This document shows, in pieces, positions 1 to 14,500 of a DNA stretch of 64,000 nt (positions are counted from its first letter, which is position 1; the number at the start of each line of letters is the position of its first letter). The notes below the pieces were generated by a model, which worked only from the letters and a program-made list of their open reading frames with translations, was not told where the DNA came from and searched no databases. Origin of the DNA: the human T2T-CHM13v2.0 reference genome, Homo sapiens; NCBI RefSeq assembly GCF_009914755.1, contig NC_060933.1. One strand, written 5' to 3'. Position numbers and translations under genes: made by a program.

Positions 1-1227
1 GGAGGCATCATGCTACCTGACTTCAAAGTATGCTACAAGGCTACAGTCACCAAAACAGCATGGTACTGGTACCAAAACAGACATATAGATCAATGGAACA
101 GAACAGAGTCCTCAGAAATAATATCACACATCTACATCCATCTGATCTTTGACAAACCTGACAAAAACAAGAAATGGGGAAAGGATTCCCTATTTAATAA
201 ATGGTGCTGGGAAAACTGGCTAGCCGTATGTAGAAAGCTGAAACTGGATCCCTTCCTTACACCTTTACAAAAATTAATTCAAGATGGATTAAAGACTTAA
301 ATGTTAGACCTAAAACCATAAAAACCCTGGAAGAAAACCTAGGCAATACCATTCAGGACATAGGCACGGGCAAGGATTCCATGTCTAAAACACCAAAAGC
401 AACGGCAACAAAAGCCAAAATTGACAAATGGGATCTCATTAAACTAAAGAGCTTCTGCATAGCAAAAGAAACTACTATCAGAGTGAACAGGCAATCTATG
501 GAATGGGGGAAAGTTTTTGCTATCTACTCATCTGACAAAGGGCTAATATCCAGAATCTACAATGAACTCAAACGAATTTACAAGATAAAAACAAACAACC
601 CCATCAAAAAGTGGGTGAAGGATATGAACAGACACTTCTCAGAAGAAGACATTTATGCAGCCAAAAGACACATGAAAAAATGTTCATCATCACTGGCCAT
701 CAGAGAAATGCAAATCAAAATTACAATGAGATACCATCTCACACCAGTTAGAATGGCAATCATTAAAAACTCAGGAAACAACAGGTGCTGGAGAGGATGT
801 GGAGAAATAGGAACACTTTTACACTGTTGGTGGGACTGTAAACTAGTTCAACCATTGTGGAAGACAGTGTGGCTATTCCTCAAAGATCTAGAACTAGAAA
901 TACCATTTGACCCAGCCATCCCATTACTGGGTCTATACCCAAAGGATTATAAATCATGCTGCTTTAAAGACACATGCACACGTTATGTTTATTGCGGCAC
1001 TATTCCCAATAGCAAAGACTTGGAACCAACCCAAATGTCCATCAATGATAGAGTGGATTAAGAAAATGTGGCACATATACAGCATGGAATACTATGCAGC
1101 CATAAAAAAGGATGAGTTCATGTCCTTTGTAGGGCCATGAATGAAGCTGGAAACCATCATTCTCAGCAAACTATTGCAAGGACAAAAAACCAAACACTGC
1201 ATGTTCTCACTCATAGGTAGGAACTGA
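1..1227 (+). pseudogene. L1 ORF2p C-terminal remnant, frameshifted
   Basis: ORFs 10..300, 381..1061 and 907..1140 are consecutive ORF2 pieces in different frames. Confidence 0.9.
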
Positions 1228-1439
1228 ACAATGGGAACACTTGGACACAGGAAGGGGAACATCACATTCCGGGGCCTGTTGTGGGGTGGGTTGAGCGGGG
1301 AGGGATAGCATTAGGAGATATACCTAATGTAAATGATGAGTTAATGGGTGCAGCACACCAACATGGCATATGTATACATATGTAACAGACCTGCACGTTG
1401 TGCACATGTACCCTAGAACTTAAAGTATAATAAAAAAAA
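1..1439 (+). mobile_element. LINE-1 3' end (L1PA5-like), cut by the window edge
   Basis: ORF2 C-terminal peptides ([17 protein letters not shown]...HCWWDC Cys-rich domain), primate 3' UTR and tail 'cttaaagtataataaaaaaaa'. Confidence 0.95.
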
Positions 1440-1819
1440 TTTTTTGTTCCCATTTATCACTGATGGATGCATTGACTTGTTTAACAAGAACAAAGTGCTT
1501 CCTTTAAAATGTGATAAAAAGCATTAAAATTTGTTGAGATTTTTAAAAATCTTGATTTTAATCACAGCTGTTAACCTATTTCTAGAATTCATGTAGTCAC
1601 ATCTAATGTTAATAAAAAAGGAAGAGAATGTGTGCGGGGTCCAGAGGAAGGGAGATAACTCAAAAGCCAGTGATATTTTGCAGTTTAACAATATGAGTAG
1701 TGAGAAAAATTTTCCTCCCTTTGAAGATATAATTCTGTCTGAATTCTTTAGAACAATGTTTTTGTATTTATTAAATATATTTATTAGTAAATACTAAAAT
1801 TATTCCTTTGACATTTTAA

Positions 1820-2645
1820 AAATTTTATTGTGAAAATCTAACATGTACCAAAAATATGTTAGATTTTTCAGAAAAAAATCTGTACATTTAGATTAGGTTA
1901 TAGAGAAAAATTATAAATTTAGATTTATAGATTATAGTTAAATTTATAGTTATATTATAGAGAAAAAATATGTTAAATTATCATGGACATTCTCAATCAG
2001 CTGCAAGAATTATCAGCATTTTGACAATCTTATTTCATTTAGTTTCCCACTTTTTTTTTGAAGTATTTAGGCAGATTCTAAACACTGCATAATTTCACCC
2101 ATAAATACTTCACTGTGCATTTCTAACTGAAAGAACATATTTTATGTATGAACTGTTATCACCATAACTTACAAAATTAACAATATTTTAATCTAATCTA
2201 ATATTTAATCTATATTTAAATTTACTGGATCGTCTCACATATTTTTAACCATATATCCCATTTATTAGAATTAAGCAAAGTCAATGTGAATGATTGGAAA
2301 TCATAAAAGACACTTGAAGAAACATTTATACTAATGGTAATATGATGAAAATGATAATGAGGATAATGATAGGCTTGTGATTATTGTAGCAAAAATAATT
2401 ATTGTCCTTGGTATTAAGCTGCAAAAATCTTTGGTCTTAAATTACATTCTTTAGAAAGTCAATTTAAAAGTTTTAGCTTTTTAGTTTTTAGTAAAACTTT
2501 GATTTCCTAAAAAAAATCTAAGAATCTTGGGAAATAAATCATAATTTCATCACCCAGTGGTAAGCACTCAACATCCTGGGATATTTCCCACAGTCTTCTT
2601 TGTGGATATATACATATGATATATGCAAGTGTGTGTAATGTGCAT
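1820..2645 (-). mobile_element. Old L1M-type fragments (host sequence resumes at ~9860-10250)
   Basis: AT-rich degenerate similarity to antisense L1M 3' sequence; boundaries approximate. Confidence 0.4.
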
Positions 2646-4246
2646 AAAACTAGGATTTCCGAGGAGGCCAAGATGCCGGACCTAGAAGCAGCTGTGGTCC
2701 ATGGCACTCACAGAGAGGAATGAAAGGGGTGAAAAAATATACCACCTTCAACTGAAATATCCAAGTACTTGCATTGGGACTGACTAGAGAAACAACTCGA
2801 CCCCATGAAAAAAGCAGGGCAGGGTGACAGCCCACCCAGGAGTGACACGGAGCCAAGGGAACCCCCACTCCCAGCCAAGGGAAGCAGTGAGTGAATGTGT
2901 GATCCCAGGTAACCATGCTTCTCCCATGGATCTTTGCAACTCGTGGTTCAGGAGATCCCCGCCTGAGCCCATGCCACTAGGGCCTTGATTCCAACAGACA
3001 GAGCTGTATGGAGTCTCAGCAGAGCAGCTGCTCAGGTATGCACAGAGACCCAGGAGCTTTACATACTCCGGCCCCAGGATCCCCAGCAAAGGTGTCTGCA
3101 ACTCAGACAAGGCAGGATGTCTGTACATAACCCTAGGAAGGGGGCTGAACCCAGGGAGCCAAATAGCATCAGCGTGCAGGCCCCACTTCCATGGCACCTC
3201 ACAAAATAAGACCCACTGGCTTGGAATTCCAGCCAGCCACTAGCAGCAGGGTAGGGCCTGCCTGAGATGAGAGGCAGCCCCTGGAAAGAGAAGCAGGCCA
3301 CTATCTCTGCTGTTTGGTTAACTCAGCCATTCCAGTCTGCAGGCTTCGGAGAGTCCAAACTTTTCAGACGAGGAAGGGTCCCCCCAGCATAACATAGCTG
3401 CTTTGCCAGAATGTGGCCAGACTGCTATTTTAAGTGGGACCCAGATGCATTCCTCCTCACTGGGCGGGACCTCCCAGCTGAGGCCTCCAGCTACCCCTGC
3501 CCACATATATTCTACAGACAGAGCTCTGATCTCTCAATGGGACAGAATGCTGCCCATGGCCCTCTCCATGGGGAAAGGGCCGCCACCTTGGTTGTTTGGA
3601 CAACTCAGCCTGCAGGCTTCAGAGAGTCCAAGCCAACAGAGGCAGGGGCAGCTCCCGGGAACAACAACTGTTTTGTCAAGGACAGACTGCGTCCTTAAGT
3701 GGGACCCTGATTCACTCTTCCTCCAGGGGAAGATCCTCTTAGAGCCTTTGGCCACACCTGCTCGTGTTGTATAGCCTGCAGAGTTTTAATTTCTCCTTGG
3801 GTTGGAATGCTTGGGGGGCAGGGCACGCCGCCACCTTGGTTGTTTGTCTGCTTCAGCCAGTCCAGCCTGTGTGCCTTGGTGAGCCCAAACCAACTGGTGG
3901 CTGAAGGGATCCCTAACACCACACAGCTGCTCTATTAAAAAGCAGCCAGACTGCTGCTTTAAGCAGATCCCTGATCTCGTTCCTCCTGACTGGGTAAGAC
4001 CACCCAACTGGGGTCACACCAGACACCTCCTACAGGTGTGTTTAGGCTGGCAACATGTCAGTAACCCCCTGGGATGGAACTTTCAGAGGAAGGGGCAGGT
4101 TGGCATCTTTGCTGTTTTGCTGCCTTCACTGGTGATACCTCCAGGTATGGGAAAAGCTGAGGCAATTAGGGTCAGGAGTGGACCCTAAGCAAACTACAGC
4201 AGCCCTATAGAAAAGTGGCCAGACTGTCAAAAGAGAAACAAACAAA

Positions 4247-4310
4247 CCACCTCCACCTCCACCACTACCACCACCACCACCAACACCAACAAGAACAACA
4301 ATAACAAACG
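4247..4310 (+). repeat. (CCA)n/(CAA)n simple repeat in the L1 5' UTR
   Basis: ccacctccacctccaccactaccaccaccaccaccaacaccaacaagaacaacaataac. Confidence 0.85.
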
Positions 4311-4370
4311 ACAAAAAGCCCATCCAAAGGTCAGCAATCTAAAAGCTTCAGGGTAGATAAGCCCATAAAG

Positions 4371-5414
4371 ATGAGAAAGAATGAGCACAGAAATGCTAAA
4401 ATCTCAAAAAGCCAGAGTGTCCCCTTTTCTTCAAATAACTGTAACACCTCTCCAGCAAGTGCTCAGGACTGGGCTGAGGCTGAGATGGCTGGAATGACAG
4501 AAGTAGGCTTCAGAATATGAATAAAAAGGGACCTCACTGAGCTAAAGGAGTATGTTGTTACTCAATGCAAAGAAACTAAGAATCATAATAAAACAATGCA
4601 AGAGGTAACAAAAAAAAGTAACCAGTATGGAGAGGAACATAATTGATCTAATAGAGCTGAAAAACATACTATAAGAACCCCACAATGCAGTCACAAGTAT
4701 TAATAGCAGAATAGACCAAGTGGAGGCAAGAATCTCAGAATTTGAAGACTACCTTTTTAAAATAAGACAGGCAGACAAGAAGAGAGAAAAAATAATAAAA
4801 AGGAATAAACAAAACCCCCAAGAAATATGGGATTGTGTAAAGAGACCAAATCTACGAATCATCAGGGTACCCGAAAGAGACAGGGAGAATGGAGCCAATT
4901 TGGAAAATATACTTCAGGATATCATCCAGGAAAACTTGCTCATCCTAGCAAGACAGGCCAACATTCAAATTCAGAAAATTCAGAGAATTCCAATAAAATA
5001 CTCTATGAGAAGATTATCCACAAGACACACAATCATCCGATTCTCCAAAGTTGAAATGAAAGAAAATTGTTAAGGGCCAGAAGAGAGAAAGGCCAGGTCA
5101 CTTACAAAGAGAAGCCCATCAGACTAACAGTGAACCTCTCAGTGTAAATCCTACAAACCAGAAGAGTTTGGGGGCCAATGTTAAACATTTTTAAAGAAAA
5201 GAAATTCCATCCCAGAATTTTATATCTGGCCAAACTAAGCTTCATAAGCAAAAAAGAAATAAGATCCTTTTCGGACAAGCAAATGCCGAGGGAATTAGTT
5301 ACCACCAGACCTGCCTTACAAGAGTTCCTGAAGGAAGCACTAAATATGGAAAGGAAAAACCATTACCATCAAGTACAAAGACACACTGAAATACACAAAC
5401 CAGTGACACTATGA
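4371..5414 (+). pseudogene. L1 ORF1p remnant
   Basis: atgagaaagaat start; ORFs 4720..5073 (EIWDCVKRPNLR) and 5178..5414 (PRILYLAKLSF). Confidence 0.85.
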
Positions 5415-5459
5415 AAAAAACACACAAACAACTCTGCAAAATAAGGAGCTGTCATCATT

Positions 5460-8400
5460 ATGACAGGATCAAATCCACACATAACAATACTAACTTTAAA
5501 TGTAAATGAGCAACATAGGCTCAAAAATAAAGAAATGAAGGAAAATTTACCAAGCAAATGGAAAACAGAAAAAAGCAGGAGTTGCAATCCTAGTTTCTGA
5601 CAAAACATATTTTAAACAAACAGAGTTTAAAAAAAACACAAAGAAGGACATTACATAATGATAAAGGATTGAATTCAACTAAAATATCTAACTATGCTAA
5701 ATATATGTGCAGCCAACACAGGAGCTCCTAGATTCATAAAGCAAGTTCTTAGATATCTTCAAAGAGACATAGACTCCTGCACAGTAATAGTAGAAGACTT
5801 TAACATCTCATTGACAATATTAGACAGATCATCATGAGAGAAAATTAATGAAGCTATTTTAGACCTAAACTCTGCTCAAGATCAAGTGGACCTTATAGAT
5901 ACCAACAGAATTCTTCAACCAAAAATGAGAGAATATGCATTTTTCTCAATACCACACGATATTTACTGCAAAACTGATCACATAATTGGAAGTAAAACAC
6001 TCCTAGCAAGTGCAAAAGAACTGAAATCATACCAAACAATATTTCAGACCACAGTACAATCAAATTAGAACTCAAGATTAAGAAATTTACTCAAAAACAA
6101 ACAACTACATGGACAACCTGCTCCTGAATTACTTTTGGGTAAATAATTAAATTAAGCCAGAAATCAAGAAGTTATTTGAAAGTAATGAGAACAAAGATAC
6201 AATGTACCAGAATCTCTGGGACACAGCTAAGGCAATGTAAGAGGGAAATATATAGCAGTAAATGCCCACATCAAAATGCTAGAAAGATCTCAAGTTACGA
6301 ACCTAACATCACAACTAAAATAACTAGAGAACCAAGAGTAAACAAACCCAAAAGCTAGCAGAAGACAATAAATAACCGTGATCAGAGCTAAACTGAAGGA
6401 GGTAGAGACATGAAAAACCCTTCACAAAATCAGCAAATCGAGGAGCTAGTGTTTTGACAAAATTAATAAAATAGACTGCTAGCTAGACTAATAAGAAAAG
6501 AGAGAAGATTCAAATAAACACAATTGGAAACAATAAGGGAGATATCACCACTGACACCACAAAAATACAAGCACCATCAAAGAACACTGTAAACACCTCT
6601 AATAACATAAACTAGAAAATCTAGAAGAAATGTATCAATTCCTGGACACGTATACCCTCCCAAGACTGAATCAGGAAGCAACTGAATCCCCGAAAGACCA
6701 ATAATGAGTTCTGAAATTGAGGCAGTAATAAATAGTCTACCAACCAAAAAAAGCCCAGGACCAGACAGATTTACAGCTGAATTCTACAAGAGGTACAAAG
6801 AAGCCCTGGTACCATTTCTACTGAAAATTTCTAGAAAATTGAAAAGGAGGGACTCCTCCCTAACTCAGTCTATGAGGCCAGCATCATCCTGATACCAAAA
6901 CCTGGCACAGATATAACAACAAGAAAAAAACTTTAGGCCAATATCCTTGATAAAATTTGATACACAAATCCTCAACAAAATACTGGCAAACCAAATCCAG
7001 CAGAGCATCAAAAAGCTTATCCATCACAATCAAGTTGGCTTCATCCTGGGATGCAAGCCTGGTTCAACATACACAAATCAATAAATGTGATTCATCACAT
7101 AAACAGAAGTAAAGACAAAACCACATAGTTATCTCAATAGATATAGCAAAGGGCTTCAATAAAATTCAACATCCCTACCTGTTAAAAGCTCTCAATAAAC
7201 TAGGTATTGAAGGAACATACCTCAAAATATTAGGAACCAAATATGGAAAACCCACAGACAATATCAATTTTGCCAATACTGAATGAGCAAAAGCTGGAAG
7301 CATTACTCTGAAAATTAGCACAAGACAAGGTTGCCCTCTTTCACCACTCCTATTCAATACATCATTAGAAGTTCTGGCCAGGGCAATTATGCAAGAGAAA
7401 TAAATAAAGGTATTCAAATAGGAAGAGAGAAAGTAAAACTATCTCTGATTTCAGATGACATGATTCTATATATAGAAAACCCCATAGTCTCAGCCAAAAA
7501 GTTCCTTATGCTGATAAGCAACTTCAGCAAAGTCTCAGGATACAAAACCAATGTGAAAAAATTGCTAGCATTCCTATACACAAACAACAGTCAAGCTGAG
7601 AGCAAAATTGTGAATGAACTCCCATTTACAATTGCCACAAAAGAGTAAAATACCTAGGAATACAGCTAACAAGGGAAGTGAAGGGCCTCTTCAAGGAAAA
7701 CTACAAACCACTGCTCAAAGAAATCAGAGATGACACAAACAAATGAAAAACCATTCCATGCTTGTGGATAGGAAGAATCACTATCGTGAGCATGGCTATA
7801 CTGCCCAAAGCAATGTATAGATTCAATGCTATTCCCATTAAAATGCCACTGACATTCTTCATAGAATTAGAAAAAAACTCTTTAACAAATTCATATGGAA
7901 CCAAAAAAGAGCCCAAATAGCCAAAGCAATCCTAAGCAAAAAATAAATAAATAAATAAATAAATAAATAAATACATAAAGCTAGAGTCATCACACTACCT
8001 TATTTTAAACTGTATTACAGGGCTACAGTAACCAAAACAGCATGGTACTGGTCCAAGAACAGATACATAGACAAAGGAACATAATAGAGAACCCAGAAAT
8101 AAGACTGTACACCTATAACCGTCTGATCTTTGACAAAGCTGTCAAAAACAAACAATGGGGACAAGATTTCCTGTTCAACAAATGGTGCTGGGATAACTGG
8201 CTAGCCATATACAGATGGTATACTTTCTTATACCATCAACAAAAATCAACTGAAGATGGATGGAATACTCAAATGTAAAACCCAAACCTATCAAAACCCT
8301 AGAAGAAAACGTAGACAACAACAAACAGGACATAGGAATGGGCAAAGAGTTCACGACAAAGATGCCAAAAGCAAATGCAACAAAAGCAAAAATTGACAAA

Positions 8401-9204
8401 TGAGATCTAATTAAACTAAAAGGCTTCTGCACAGCGAAAGAAACTATCAACTGAGTAAACAGACAACCTACAGAATGGGAGGACATTTTTGCAATCTATG
8501 AAACTGACAAAGTTTAATATTCAGCACCTATAAAGAACTTAAACAAATTTACAAGGAAAAAAGAAACAACCCCATTAAAAAGTGGGCAAAGGACATGAAC
8601 GGACACTTTTCAAAAGAAGACACACATGTGGCCAACAAACATATGAAAAAAGCTCAACATCACTAATCATTAAAGAAATGCAAATCAAAACCACAATGAG
8701 ATACTATCTCACACCTGTCAGAATGGCTATTATTAAAAAGTCAAGAAGATGCTTGTGACATTCTGGAGAAAAAAATGCTTTTACACTGTTGGTGAGAGTA
8801 TAAATTAGTTCAACCATTGTGGAAGACAGTCTGGTGATTCCTCAAAGACCTAGAGGCACAAATACCAAATACCATTTGATCCAGCAATCCCATTACTGAG
8901 TATGTATGCAAGGGAATATAAATCATTCTATTCTAAAGATACATGCACACATATGTTCATTGCAGCTCTATTCACAATAGCAAAGACATGGAATCAATCT
9001 AAATGCCCATCTGTGATAGACTCAATAAAGAGAATGTAGTACATATATACATATACACCATGGAATACTATGCCACCATATAAAGGAATGAGATCATGTC
9101 ATTTTTAGGGACATGGATGGAGCTGGAGGCCATTATCCTTAGAGAACTAACAGAGGAACAGAAATACCAAATGCCACGTGTTCTCACTTATAAATGGGAG
9201 CTGA
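5460..9204 (+). pseudogene. L1 ORF2p remnant with many stops/frameshifts and a ~100-bp deletion in the endonuclease domain at ~5510
   Basis: atgacaggatcaaatccacac start; KSPGPDRF and SDDMILY motifs; deletion seen against the paralogous L1 at 49746-49855. Confidence 0.85.
7941..7977 (+). repeat. (AAAT)n microsatellite inside L1 ORF2
   Basis: aaataaataaataaataaataaataaataaatac. Confidence 0.95.
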
Positions 9205-9426
9205 ATGATGAGAACACATAGACACATCGGGATGAACAACACACACTGAGGTGGGAGGAGGGAGAGCATCAGGATGCAGAGCTAATGGATGCTGGGCTTA
9301 ATACCTGGGTGTTGGGATGATCTGTGCAGCAAACCACAATAGGACACATTTACCTATGTAACAAACATGCACATCCTGCCCATGTAACCTGGAACTTAAA
9401 ATAAAAATTTGAAATAAAAAAAAACT

Positions 9427-9846
9427 GCGGCACATATCAACCCATCATCTAAGTTCAAAGCCCAGCACACATTAGCTAATTTTCCTGATGCCCTCCCTCC
9501 CTATGCCCACCTCCCCAATCCCAGTTGTGTTGTTCCTCTCCCTGGGCTTTTGTGTTCACATTGTTTCACTCCCACTTATAAGTGAGAACATGCAGTGTTT
9601 GGTTTTTGTTCCTGTGTTAGTATGCTGAGTATAATGGCTTCCAGCTCCATCCATGTTCCTGCAAAGGACATGATCTCATTTCTTTTGATGGCTGCATAGT
9701 ATTCCATGGTGTATATGTACCACATTTTCTTTATCCAGTCTATCACTGATGGGCGTTTTGTTTGATTCCATGTTTCTGCTATTGTGAATAGTGCTGCAAT
9801 GAACATACACATGCATGTATCTTTATAATAGAATGATTTATATTCC
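9427..9846 (-). mobile_element. Antisense L1PA 3' fragment, truncated at both ends, no tail
   Basis: ORF 9576..9875 gives the ORF2 C-terminus (WIKKMWYIYTMEYYAAIK); reverse-complement homolog of 8913-9330. Confidence 0.9.
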
Positions 9847-10252
9847 AAAAAAGGATTTCTTTGTAACCCACTCATTTCAATTTACAATTTATTTTATGCA
9901 TTTTCCAAGTCATTGGTGACAGCGATTAACGTATTCACATATCTTTGTGTTAATCTATGATTATTCAATAGCATAATTATCTAAAATGGGATTCCTATAT
10001 TAGAGTATACATACTTTTAAGATTTTTAGTATCTATAGCCTGATTATCCCCCAGAAATTTTCTTCTAATTCCGTTTCCAGAAAATGACTACCCATTTTAA
10101 TTCAACTGCATGAGTATAAAATATTAACATGTTACTTTTTGATTAATTGTTGTATGAAATATTACATCTGTTTTTATTTTCTTTAATTTTTTGTGAGAAT
10201 TAATTCTTTTTTGATGTTTTTTAAAAAATTCTTTTAAAAATGTTTGTATCTT

Positions 10253-10588
<336 letters not shown>

Positions 10589-10794
10589 TCATAATGTTTG
10601 CCTAGCTTTCTATTTTAGGACTCATTTTATGGATTTGTAAAGTCTTTGTCTGTAGTAAAGATACAAATACAGTATCTTCTGTCAATTATTTTTCCAGCCT
10701 TTTCTTTTAATTTTATTTTTTCCTGAAGAGTTTTTACAGTGGTTTTTATTATTATTACTTTCAAAGATTATACTTAGAACGTCCTTCTCATTTA

Positions 10795-11129
<335 letters not shown>

Positions 11130-11521
11130 TTAAATTTGCTTCATGTTGATTTATGATTTAAAAAGTACTTAAATTTTTATTCCTTCTGGAAAGATCGTAT
11201 GAGGGGAGGCACTGAAAACATTTTCCAGTTATTTTATTTCCATGTTGTGTAATGAATAATATTTTCTTTCCCTACTATTTTTTAATAGCAACTTTATTAC
11301 ATATAAACGTTTATGTTCACTTTGGCATATAACACTGCAATGATTTGCACATAAATGGGTTATGAAGATAGTACGAAAACATACTCTTTCTTCAGTAGAT
11401 TGTTAGAAGATGCCTTGTGTAGACTTCTTTTGTATCTCCTATAGTATTTTGAATGTGGCAGCCAATAAAAACTTCTTGTATGACATGAATGATTAATGAG
11501 TCATAGATATGCCTGGGAAAG

Positions 11522-14500
11522 TTTTTTTTTATTATTTTTAATTTAACTGTTCTTTTAAGTTCAGGGGTAGGTTATTATATAGATAAATGCAGGTTTGTTA
11601 TATAAATAAACTTGTGCCATGTGGGTTTGTTGTACAGATTATTTCATCTCCCAGGTATTAAGCCCCATACCCAGTAATTATTTTTCCTGATCCTCTCCCT
11701 CCTCACAATCTCCATCCTCTGAGAGGCCCCAGTAGGTGTTGTTTCCCTGTATGTGTCCATGTGTTCTCATCATTCAGCTCCCACTTATAAGTGAGAACAT
11801 GTGGTATTTTGTTTTCTTTTCCTGTATTAGTTCACTAAGGATAATGACCTCCAGCTCCATCCATGTCCCTGGAAATGACATGATCTCATTCCTTTTTATG
11901 GCTGCATAGTATTTCATGGTGTATCTGTGTCATATTTTCTTTATCAAGTCTACCATTGATGGGCATTTAGATTGATTCCTGTCTTTTCTATTGTGAATAG
12001 TGCTGCAGTGAACATATGCATACATGTGTCTTTATAATAGAATGGTTTATATTCATTTGGGTATATACCTAGTAATGGGATAGGTGAGACAAATGGTATT
12101 TCAGCCTCCAGGTCTTTGAGGAATCACCACATTGTCTTCCTCAATGGTTGAACTATTTACATTCCCACCAACTTTGTATAAGTGTCCTTTTTCTCTGCAG
12201 CCTTACCAGCATCTGTTGTTTTTTGACTTTTTAATAGCCATTCTGACTGGTGTGAGATGATATCTTATTGTGATTTTTATTTGAATTTTTCTAATAATGA
12301 GTGATGTTGAGTTTTTTTTCCTATGATTGTTGGCCTCACGTATGTCTTTTGGGAAGTGTCTGTTCTTGTCCTTTGCCCACTTTTTAATGAGGTTATTTTT
12401 TTCTTGTAAATTTGTTTAAGTTCCTTATAGATGCTGGATATTAGACCTTTTTCAGGTATGTAGTTTGCAAAAATATTCTCCCATTCTATAGGTTGTTTGT
12501 TCACTCTGTTGATGGTTTCTTCCTTGTGTAGAAACTATTTAGCTTAATTAGATCCCATATGTTAACTTTTGCTTTTGTTGCAATTGCTTTTAGCATCTTC
12601 GTATGAAATCTTTCCCCATTCCTATATCCTGTTTGGTATTGCCTAGGTTTTATTCTAGGGTTTTGATTATTTTTGGGTTTTGCATTTTAAGTCTGTAATC
12701 CAACTTGAGTTGATTTTTGTGTATGATATAAGGAAGGGGTCTAGTTTTAATTTTCTGTATATGGCTAGCCAGTTATCCCAGCACCATTATTGAATAGGAA
12801 ATCCTTTCCCAATTGCTTGTTTTTGCTAGGTTTATTGAAGATTAGATAGTTGTAGGCTTGCAGTCTTATTTCTGGGTTCTCTATTATGTTCCTTGGTCTC
12901 TGCATCTGTTCTAGTACCAGTATCATGCTGCTGTTTTGGTTACTGTAGCCCTGTAGCATAGTTGAAGCCATGTAGCATGATGTCTCCAGTTTTGTTTTTT
13001 TTGCTTAGGACTGCCTTAGCTATTTGGGCTCTTTTTTGGTTCCATATGAGTTTTAAAATAGTTTTTTTCTAATTCTGTGAAGAATGTCAATAGCATTTTG
13101 ATGGTAATAGCATTGCATCTATAAATCGCTTTGGGCAGTATGGCCATTTTCACAATATTGATTCTCTTCACGAGCAAGGAATGTTTTTCCATTTGTTTGT
13201 GTCATCTTTGATTTCTTTGAGCAGTGTTTTTTACTTCTTCTTGTAGAAATCATTCACTTCTGTGGTTAGCTATACTCCTAGATATTTAATTTTTTGTTGT
13301 TGCAATTGTGAATGAGATTGCGTTCCTGATCTGGCCCTCAGCATGACTGTTGTTGGTGTATAGGAATGTTTGTGATTTTTGCATTACTAACATTTTTCTA
13401 TCTCAGAAGACAAATTGATTTTTGTATCCTGAGACTTTGTTGAAGTTTATCAACTTAAGGAGCTTTTGGGTTGAGGTTATGGTGTTTTCTAGATATAGGA
13501 TTATATTATCTGCAAACAGGGACAGTTTGAATTCCTCTGTTCCTATTTCAATGCCTTTATCTTTTTACTTTCCCTGATTGCCCTGACCAGGACTTCCAAT
13601 GCTATATTGAATAGAAGTGGTGAGAGAGGGCATCCTTTTCTTGCGCTGGTTTTCATGAGGGATACTTCCAGCTTTTGCCCACTTAGTGTGATGTTGGTCA
13701 TGGTTTGTCATAGATGGCTCTTATCATTTTGAGGTATGTTCCTTCAATACCTAGTTTATTGAGAGTTTTAACATGAAGAGGTATTGAATTTTATTGAAAG
13801 TCTTTTCTGCATCTATTGAGAGAATCATGTGGTTTTTGTCTTTAGTTCTGTTTATGTAATGAGACAAATTTATTGATTTGCATATGTTGAATGAAGCTTG
13901 CACACCAGAGAAAAAGTCTACTTGGTTGTAGTGGATAAGCTTTTTGATGTGCTGCTGAATTAGGTTTGCTAGTATATTGCTGGGGATTTTCACATCAATA
14001 GTCATCATAGACATTGGCTTGACATTTTCTTTTTTCATTGTGTCTCTGCTACATTTTGGTATCAGGAAGATGCTGGCCTCATTGAACGAGTTAGGGAGGA
14101 GACCTTCCTCATTAATTCTTTGGAATAGTTTCAGTAGGAATGGTACCAGCTCTTCTTTGTACAACAGGTAGAATTCAGCTGTGTATCTGGCTTTTCCCGA
14201 GCTTTTGTTGGTTGGTAGGCTATTTATTACTACTCAATTTCAGAGATCATTATTTGTCTGTTCAGGAATTTAATTTCTCCTTGGTTGAGTCTTTGGAGGG
14301 TGTATATGTCAAGATATTTATGCATTTCTTCTAGATTTTCTAGTTTACATGCATATACATGTTGATAATATTCTCTGATGATTATTTGTATTTCTGTGGG
14401 GTCAATGGTAATATCTCCCTTGTTATTTCTGATTGTGTTTATTTGAACCTTCTCTCTTTTCTTCCATATTAGTCTAGCTAGTGGTCTATTTTATTATTAT

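Larger units (their letters stand above)
2661..9424 (+). mobile_element. Full-length LINE-1, L1PA10/11-like (L1P3-type 5' UTR), inactive
   Basis: 5' 'gaggaggccaagatg', long 5' UTR, ORF1 and ORF2 remnants, 3' UTR and A tail; 5' flank 'aaaactaggatttc' at 2646-2659. Confidence 0.95.
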
